A stretch of 57,492 bases of DNA, counting the filler, from Moniliella sp. 'wahieum' (taxonomy: Eukaryota): assembly GCA_003971905.1 (NCBI GenBank). It is 3 parts of 3 records of this genome, joined end to end, with 100 filler letters (N's around TTAATTAATTAA, not from the genome) between each part and the next. Parts side by side here need not be neighbours in the genome. Positions count along the whole stretch, not along the records: positions 45,058 to 57,492 come from RSEE01000217.1; 2 more parts are not named here. One strand, given 5' to 3'. The notes beneath the pieces were generated by a model. The model searched no databases. It was not told where the DNA came from and saw only the letters and a program-made list of their open reading frames with translations. Position 1 is the stretch's first letter; every line of letters begins with the position of its first letter. Below are positions 49,187 through 57,492 of this stretch, piece by piece. The position numbers and the translations under genes were made by a program.

Positions 49187-49779
49187 AGCTGCCTGGGTGC
49201 CACAGCATGCTGTGCTGTCCTGCGGCGTGGGGCCACCGAGGCCGCTGAGGGGCAGGGTCACTCGCGCGAAGAAAATATTGTCATGCAACTAGTGCAACAT
49301 GTAGTGACCCAGTGGCCGTTCATCGATCATCGACCATCTCGCTCTCGTCGCCTGTCGCGCGTCCCGCTTGTCGAAATAAGCTCTGTAACAAGTTGAATGA
49401 GTACGCGCTGAGAAGGTCATAGCGTGCCAGCGGAGAACTAGGCAACCGGACAGTTCGAGCGCACTTCCCGACACACCTGTCAGCGTGATCACGTAGAATA
49501 AACCCCATGGTTGCATGTGGTTTACGTACCCACTCTGTTATTGACACCGGCTCTCCCCTTTCTATCTACCAGTCCGCCTAGGACTCCTCTGAATGACACA
49601 CCTCCATCTTCCCCATCTCTTACTACTCTTAGCAACACCTGTTCACCTAGCGAAGGAACTCTCCTACAGAGACACCATCACCACCTGTTGGTGACTCCCT
49701 ACTCCATCAAGGTGTGCTGTCCAAGGACCCCCCCCCCCCCCCCCCCCCCCCCCGCTACGCTTGAGGTCCATCTACAGGC

Positions 49780-50609
49780 GCGTCAAGAATCCACCGGGCA
49801 CGCAAGGGCCAAGACACAACAGACGAGGGACCAGCTTCATACCAGGGCACCACTATTGATGCCTTGCAGAGTTTCCCCCCTTTCCAAAGTCGTGTTGCAC
49901 GCGTCGCAACACGACGGGCAAATGGACACAACTCCACCAGCCACGACATTATTCACGTCCTCTTGCGCAAAGAAGTAATCCAACACTGCCTGACCCCTGG
50001 TTTCGCCTTAACTCCATGGCAAAAGGAAACAAGATGGTGCAATTGCCTCGCCCCCGATGCGCCGAATCTGATCGCTCAATGCTTGGCTGATATCAGGGCC
50101 AAAATAACGTGCGGTACGCCCCCTCAGCAAAACAGTTGGCGATTCATTGGTTGCTCGAGGCTAACCATGCACGCATTGCCTGACAGGATATGTTACCTCC
50201 AAAAGCCATCTTCATCAACCAAATCTTGGTTTGAATCGGTACTATTAGGCATGTTGCGCATCTCAAGCATGTCCTGGTGGAGTACGCATTGAAAACCCCT
50301 CCAAAGGGCCATAGCAACCTCAATTTGCGTCCGGGACAAGCGAGCACAGAGCAGCGCGATGCCGAAACACTGGCGCAAGTGATTGCTCAACGCCGCCAGG
50401 CTGCTGTGGGTGCTGCTCCTTCAGCATACCTTCAAGAGGGCGCGAGACGGCGTAGGCCCATTACGCGGACCATTCGCCCATCCCAAGCATCTGTTTTGGA
50501 TGCTACCCAAACGAGGATGAAGAGTCTCAATACGAATGCCGCATCAACTGTGAAGCAGGTGTATGAACCACCAGCGACGAAGACAAAACTCTCTCTCTTG
50601 GGTATGTAG
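49780..50609 (+). CDS. Possible hypothetical protein, fragmented, with a candidate intron at ~50114-50187
   Basis: Overlapping plus-strand ORF pieces (49864-50292 and 50277-50609) and intron-like signals gtacgc...gctaac...gacag. No family recognised and the start is uncertain. Confidence 0.3.
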
Positions 50610-50759
50610 TCGAGCACTGGAACGCCAGTGGCGTTGATATACTAGTAGCCAGCATGCAACCTACAGTAATAGTGGAGGAGATGTCTGCCTTGTTCGCCTT
50701 CGACCCTTTTGGTTTGTGCTTTCGCAGCGGAGACTCTGTGATCCTACAGCTCCTATCGC

Positions 50760-50831
50760 GGCTCGATAGCGTAGTGGTAACGCGTCCCTGACCTATCGGC
50801 GATGTCATGGGTTCGATTCCCATTCGAGCCT
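50760..50831 (+). tRNA. tRNA-like gene or pseudo-tRNA with an unassignable anticodon
   Basis: Perfect acceptor stem GGCTCGA/TCGAGCC, D-arm GCGT-AGTGGTA-ACGC and T-arm ATGGG-TTCGATT-CCCAT. A box TAGCGTAGTGG and B box GGTTCGATTCC are intact. The anticodon arm tccctgacctatcggcga does not form a 5-bp stem with a 7-nt loop. Confidence 0.75.
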
Positions 50832-53314
50832 CTCTTTCCTCACTATTTCCTCCTGGCTCTGCCTTCTCACTCTGGATATTTCCAAGTGGAGGTACTATAC
50901 CGGCAAATAGATGAATGCTACGGCGCCGATTCTGGGAAAACACTAAAGGAAGTTTATATATGCCCCATAGGAAAGCAACGTGCTTTAACCCTAAGACGCA
51001 GAACATGGAAATTTATTAGACAAAGTCCGCAGCCGTGAAGAGAGCACAGACGTCGACATGACAAAGTAGAAAATGCTTCGTGCTGCGGCCCCTGCTTCGT
51101 TGAGAGGAAAGGGGGGAATGTCGATCATCTGGATGGTCGGCGCCAGGTATGTCCATAAGGCCAGAAATGGATCGCAAGTAAGAGAGAGGCCCAGCTTGGT
51201 TCCCAAGTACGAGCCGGTGAGTGTAGACGACAAGGCGCCTAGGTCCGGGGAGGGCACTTGCGAATAGGTGTCAAGCATTGTCAGCAGGCGAAGGTAAAAG
51301 AACAACGGGTGGAGAGATGGTGGCGTCGAGAAGTAGACGTAGTTAATTGGGTGTGTAGTGCGCCTCTCAGTCCCAGCAAAGAGGAGCTAACAATAAATAT
51401 TGGCATTAATATATTACTATAGTTGGAGTAGGGTAAAGCTTAAATGGCTGTGAATTGCCCTGATTATACTCTACCACATGTGCATCGAAGTAAAAGGGGA
51501 TGCGCAAGTGTAAACGGCTCAGCGCTCACTATTGGCTGACGGCATAGGGGCTCTGTCTTGCTTAAAGGTGATGTGGCCCAGCCACCCCAAGCGAAAACGC
51601 GAGCCCCCACGATCGAATCCTAGCCAGGGATCGATGAAACAAAGCAGAAGAACAGGAAAAGGGAGTAGACACTTCAATCATGAGATGAAAAGAAGTTGGA
51701 AATGGGAGCGAGACTAGTTGGAAAACTGGGTATATGGTATAGTCAATCCATGTCTTCAACCAGTTCTTTTCGAGAATGCTTAAGTCCATCCTCGTTTACT
51801 GGCGCTGAGCGAATGGCCGTCCCCGACTGCCCCACCACTAAAAGCCATCAACCCCACCAAGCCTTCCGACGATATGCGGCACACACGTTGATCCGATCCA
51901 CTTGCGCGTATTGCCCAAATCGACCGCGGTGTGAAGAAGGGCTGCGCACTCCCATGCAGAAAGAACATGTGGGAAGCTACTTTTGCAGTCAACGTGGGCT
52001 AGGGAGCTGCCTCCACATCAAACCTACTTATGTGGTGGACTTGGTCTCATTCCATTTGGCAGGGAGCCCAACGAAGATTACACAGGGAAATCGACTGACG
52101 AACCGTAACGGATAATCATGTTCAACGTTCACGATATACAGTTCACTGTTGAGAGCATCTCGAGGGAGACAAGGCGTAATGCACCCTTGGGCCAACAGTT
52201 GACAACGTGTTGTCACAGGGCACTCCGATCATGTCCGGACGCTGAGCGCTGAGTGAAAAGAGAAACAACCAATGTCCAAAGCCAGATAGCCGCGCTGGAT
52301 CATGCGGTGGATCCATGCAGCGCGCAGCGGGGTCGAGGCATGAGGGGGTTGATGGAGCATTCGGGCGCCAAAAAGAAACTGATGTGTGTCGTATCCAAAG
52401 ATGTGCAAGTGAGGGTGATTCATTCAGCCGGATGAGAGACCTGAACAGCATCATGATGCATGTGTTAGGGACGAAGACACCACAGGGGAGAAGCATCAGG
52501 CCAACTAAGCGCGTCGCGGTGTGCTGTGAGCATGCAGGCTCTTTCTCTTGTAGCACATCTGCCACCACGGCACAGTTTTTGGAGCGCACACCAAACACGG
52601 GCACCACGCTCCGACGGGCGTCCGAGGTGTGATGTCTGATGCCTCACACACAACACACGCCGGCCAGGTCGTCGCAGGCGGACACCGAGATGGCACGGGA
52701 GCGTTACAGGGGGCATCGCGTGTGGTGGGGACATGGGTGGCTGATAGTCGATAGCATGTGACATGTGACATGTGATGTGTCCTGGCACGTGGAAGGCGGC
52801 CGGCCACCCGTGGGAGCGCAGGGAGTGGGCGGGACGCGCGCCGGCGGGTGGGGGGCGTACGTACGTGCGGGGTCCATATTCAATATTCAATGGGCAGCGC
52901 AGCGGGGCACTCGCATGTCGCATGTCGCACGTCCCATGTGACATGTGACAACACAAGCGGCCCGTCACGTGACGCGCAGGCAGGGCCGGCGGGCTGCCAG
53001 GGGCACCCCAGGGACACACGACTATCGGGCGGCGATAGTGCATGCAGGCACAGGCGGCAGCCGCCTAATCAAATAAGCTACGCGCTAAGCCGGAGCGCTA
53101 AGCGAGCCACGCTCGCCCCCTGCCTGCGCGACACACTCGCCCCGTGCTGCGCCCCCAATCAATAATCTCCCGATCTAGAACGCAGGCTGCTCCGCTGCGC
53201 CTCCTCTGGCCTCATTGGGGCGGCCATTGGGAGGGCCATTGCCACTGCCATTGCGAGTGTCCTTGCCATTACCACGGCCACTGCCAAAGCCACCCCCCCA
53301 CCACCACACCACCC

Positions 53315-56300
53315 ATGGCCGTCAGCGTCGACGTCCACGCCATGTCGCCCCCCGTGCCCCCCATCCCCTGCCCGCGCGGGGCAAGCCCCTCAACGTCTCC
53401 CTCCCGCGCCTCGCCAGCTCGCCCCCGCACCCGCCCCGCGTCGCCTCGCCCCCGCTCGTCGCTGTCTTCCGCCCGCGCGACCCCTCCGCCGCATCCCGCC
53501 CGCCCGACGCCGCCCCTCGGCCTCCTGCCCGCCCTGCCGCCCGCCGCCCCGCCACCCGCTGGCCCTGCCCCTCCCCGCCCCCTCCGCCCCCGCCATCCCC
53601 GCCCGCCACGCGCACACCCTCCCTCCGCCCTCCCGACCGTTCCCAGCCCCCCGCTCCCCCTCGGACCCGGCACAAGCCCCCGCCGCTCGGCTGCACCTCC
53701 TTCCCGTGCCCGCCTCCCGCCGCTCTCCTCGCCCCCCATCGCCTGCCCAGACGCCACCCCGCTCGACTGCTCCACCTCGGCTCCCCAGCAGGCTGGCCCG
53801 CTCGCCAGCACAGTGAGCCTGCCTTCGCCCTCGGCGGAGATCGCGCCAGAACAGCCGCCCCTCACGTCGGCCAGAAGGGCAAGGCACCTGCCGAGGGCCC
53901 GGCCTCCCGGCCCCCAGCTCCCGCCGCGCCGTCCACCAGCGACAGCTACCCACCGCCGCCGCCCTTGAAACTGGGCACTACCACTCTCACCCCCTGCAGC
54001 GAGACGCCACCGATTTTTCCTCCGGGCCCAGTCTGCCGCATCGTACGCCGAGGCGCTGACCGCATGTGCCTCGTACAGCGACTCCTTCTACGCTGCTGTT
54101 CTCCGCGCTGGTCTCGAGCAGTTTGACTGCCACGGCGACCCGCTCGACATGGCCATGCGTCGTTTCTTCCTTCAGGTGCCACTGCCGCCGGAAGCGCAGC
54201 AGATCGATCGCATGCTCGACAACTTTGCACGCCGGTACCAGGCGTGCAATCCGGATATCTTTGACAATCCTGGTTCGTCTCCCCCCCCGCCCCTCCCCGC
54301 GTTGTGACACGGACAATGCTGACCCCTGCTGCGCTGGCGCAGATCACCCTTACATTTTGGCCATGTCAATCATGCTCCTGAACACTGACCACTTCAACAA
54401 AAAACTCAAGGCGCACATGTCCAAGGCAGACTACGTCAAAACACGGCCGGCACGGTACAGTTGGTTCAAGCCACCGAAATACTGGAGTACTTTTACGATA
54501 ATGTCACTTGCTTTCCCTTGTGTATGGCGACATGTTGGGCAAGATGAAAGGAAAAGTGGATCCCTACGCACTTCTGCCCGGAGGCAGGTACAGCTGCTGG
54601 CACAGGACACTGCGAATCTTTACTCTTCGCTCTCCGTTCCACATGGGGCTGGACTACAGCCAAGTGGACGCAACCCGCATCCTACGATACTTTCAGGATG
54701 CCCCAACGGTTTGCACCATGACCCACCTTCCTTTTTCTGTCGCGGGTGCGGGCGCAGGTGGGGGCGCACGGGCAGTGGTGGACATTGGGATGCAGGCGCG
54801 CCTGTGGTCCAGGCCATGCGGATCACCAAGTTGGATGTGGTGCATGGCAGAGAGGAGCTTCGGGACAAGCGCTACTGGTCTGCGCAGGGAAGGGCCCGTC
54901 GCTGGGGACTGTTGCTGACCAGTGCGCAACTGCTTGTGTTTAAGGACCCGACCTATGCCGACGTGCTCCTCCAACAACTCGTCAAAATGAAGGAAGATCC
55001 GGCGCAGGAGATGCGGTGCCCGGGTTTGCCCCGGATTTGCACCTCTCCCTCGCCGACGCGATTGCGTACTGCGACGAGGAGACCGACCGATTCCACATGC
55101 CTTCAAAGTCCGGCATGAAGTTCCACACATGGGCGGGCGCACGTTTGTGTTGCAAACCTCCTCGGACGCTGACCGGGTCGATTGGATCTCAAGATCAACT
55201 TTTGCGCAACGCTGCGTGGGCTGGCATGGGCCGGGTGGATGCCATGACAGCGGCCGAGGGGTACGCCCTAAGCATCTCAAGGGCAAAGGGAACAAACGCA
55301 ACAGCGTGGCCAGCGCAGGGAGCCGAACGAGCCGGGCCAGCTGGGCCCCGCGCCTTCCAGCGCGAGTGGGTCGAGCGAGCGCGACGCCGAGGGTGGAGTC
55401 GCGGCTGGGAGAGCAAGCTGGCCGCCACCAACGACGACATGGACGCGGCCATGCGGCGTTGGTGTCATGCTGCGGGCCGCACGACATACAGCGTGTTGAC
55501 GCCCCTGCAGAAGAGCACAAAGGAACGGTTGATGGCGACGGCGGGCCAGCTCGCGTCCCAGTGACTGAGCTGCATCTCGACGTGCTCAAGGCCCAGATCC
55601 GTCGGCGGTGCTGCTCCTGCCGGTGGAGGTGCGCCCGCGGGTGTCGCGTTCAGCCGACTGGCGCAGCTGCATGCGTTCTCTTTTCGCCCGCCGTCGGCCG
55701 AGCGGGAGAGAGACGGTGCGCCGCGCGTTCGACCGCTCGGCTGCCTCCAGCATCACGCCCATGCACCTGGGGCCACCCACGCCGGGACCAGCTGGGCAGC
55801 GTCTCGTCGATTACCACTGCTGCCACCGCGCCAACGAGCGCGTCTAGTCCACCCGGCCGCCCGGTTCGCTGGCAGCAGCACCTGCGGCTCATCCCCTCCC
55901 TTCTTTGGACGCCGACGAGAAACGCATGGCGGCCGCCCGCACGAACGGGAACTGTCGCTGTCCCAGCAGCTGATGCAAGTCCACTTTTCTCCCGCCCTCC
56001 GCGTCCGTTGGCAGCCCTCTGGCTCCACCCTTCCTCCATCCCTTCGCCCACCCCATCGGCGCTTTCACAACGCCCACGGCTCCGCTCCGTCGCGGACGCG
56101 CTTGCAGGCACCAAGGAGTTGGCGCGTGTGTTCAGCACTGCTTCCAAGCCCACCCCCGTCTCCGCTCCCGCCCCGAGCACCATCGACCGCCGTCTCTCCA
56201 CTCAGTGACAACATCGGCTCGGGATCCGCTGAGGTGCACGACGTGTATCGCCAAATCATGTCGTCCGCTCGGGCGGCGGCCGAGGACGCAAATAGGCGAT

Positions 56301-56499
56301 CCTGGTGCGAGCTCAACCGAGCGTTTCCTTTCTCGAGTCCCTTACCACACGGGTGTCTGGACCGTCGCGGCCCCTCCTCATCTCCCAGCCACGCCCCTCT
56401 CCACCTTCAATTCTCCCCCCATCCCACGCCCATTTCGCATCCCTCTCGCCTCCCCTTGCTACTTGGACTGTAGATATGTTTGGTCTTTGGAATAGTTAG
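53315..56499 (+). CDS. Sec7-domain plus PH-domain ARF guanine-nucleotide exchange factor (Syt1-like) with an intron at ~54273-54342 and many frameshifts
   Basis: Sec7 glutamate finger in GDPLDMAMRRFFLQVPLPPEAQQIDRMLDNFARRYQACNP, followed after the intron by DHPYILAMSIMLLNTDHFN...MSKADYVK. PH-like segments RRWGLLLTSAQLLVFKD and TFVLQTSSDADRVDWIS. Pro-rich N-terminus; both ends are approximate. Confidence 0.88.
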
Positions 56500-56530
56500 T
56501 TTGACACATCCATCTCTCTCAATCGCACTC

Positions 56531-57492
56531 TCATTTTGGTCGGAGCAGACCTTGGAGCATATCAAACGAGTTGCCATCCGGCATGAGATGATAAAGCCCG
56601 AGTCCCCCATGCGGCCGGATCGACGCTGCGGACGGGACTGGTGAGAGGGACGGTGCGCAAGAGGCCAAAGTCGCTCGTGATGCCCACGATGCGCACGCGC
56701 TCTTGCGTTTCGCCGGCCAAGGCGACCTCCTGGTCCGAGTGACCCATGCTGTGGTACAGCGGCGAAGGGGGCAAAGCCGGGCGAGAAACACGTCGAGCAA
56801 ATGCTCCATCGTAGCCAGGTACGCGGCCAGGACCTGCTTTCCCGGAGCGGGGGCAAGGTGGCGCCGGTCGCATTGGCTTCGTCGACCAAGGTGGAGGCAG
56901 GTGGTCGGCCGGGTATTGTGCACATTGACACGCATCCGACCACGAGGCGCATTTCCTGGTCTACAATGTGCGACGTGACCAGCACGCCGGCAACTTGGCG
57001 TACCGTTTTCCACCGCGTTCCCACCCGTCCTCGCGCTCGCGCGCAATCGGCATACACGTCGTTGGGCCACTTGATCTTCACCTTATCCTGCAGCGCGGCG
57101 TATCCCGGGCCGAGGAAGGAGAGTGCGTGGACCAAGGCGAGGTGGGAGAGGTACTGAATGAAAACACTGCTCGGCGCTTGGGACACGGGCAGAACTAGCA
57201 CATAGCTGAACTGCAGACAGCCGCGAGGCGAGATCCACCGGTTGCCCCCGCGGCCCGGCCAGCAATTTGGTGCGTGGCGACGACGATGTGCGGAGGGCAC
57301 GGCGCGCAAGAGCGGTAGGTTTCTAGGGGGGGGGGTCAGCACGAGCAGGGCCAGAGGCGGGATGGGGGGGGAGCAAGGGAGTACGAATCAAGCATGGTCT
57401 GGGTGTGGGTGGACGACTTGGCCATAGATCAACGACGGGGCCAATGGCCCGCTCCGGGGTGGGTTGAATGGTCAAAGGGGGGGGACGAGGGG
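56531..57492 (-). CDS. BPL1: Biotin-protein ligase (holocarboxylase synthetase), C-terminal catalytic part, with an intron at ~57323-57384; the 5' part lies outside the window
   Basis: LIYGQVV...TQTMLD, GRGGNRWISPRGCLQFS, IKWPNDVYA, VAGVLVTS, RIVGITSDFGLL and MPDGNSFDMLQGLL. Confidence 0.95.

Noticed and set aside
50991..52632. Short ORFs between the tRNA-like element and the Sec7 gene
   Set aside because: No recognisable domains, and lengths are compatible with chance or decayed sequence.

Overview
Eukaryotic fungal DNA, basidiomycete-like: GC-rich compact genes, short GT-AG introns with CTAAC/CTGAC branch sites, and a TTAGGG-type telomere. The window is three separate contigs joined by identical artificial 100-nt linkers (N44-TTAATTAATTAA-N44 at 14250-14349 and 44958-45057), so adjacency across them means nothing. 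Contig 1 (1-14249) carries a small conserved fungal protein gene, mitochondrial EF-Tu (TUF1), a Rad4/XPC repair gene head-to-head with GINS subunit PSF1, and an ORT1-like mitochondrial carrier. Contig 2 (14350-44957) is entirely about 45.5 head-to-tail copies of one 676-bp unit (55.8% GC by hand count). The copies differ almost only by small indels that look like long-read error. The unit has no recognisable ORF or canonical ribozyme, but it has many long inverted repeats, including G-U-compatible and mutually exclusive pairings, plus a Pol III B-box. It is the best candidate for an undescribed element: a small circular or multimeric replicon, a structured-RNA satellite, or a very homogeneous satellite array. 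A spike-in or amplification artefact is not excluded. Contig 3 (45058-57492) starts at a telomere. A lower-GC subtelomeric block follows, with an MBOAT acyltransferase, two hypothetical genes and a tRNA-like element with a broken anticodon arm. It ends with a Sec7/PH ARF-GEF gene and the 3' part of biotin-protein ligase BPL1. Nearly all genes carry indel frameshifts that are most simply sequencing errors, so gene coordinates are approximate.
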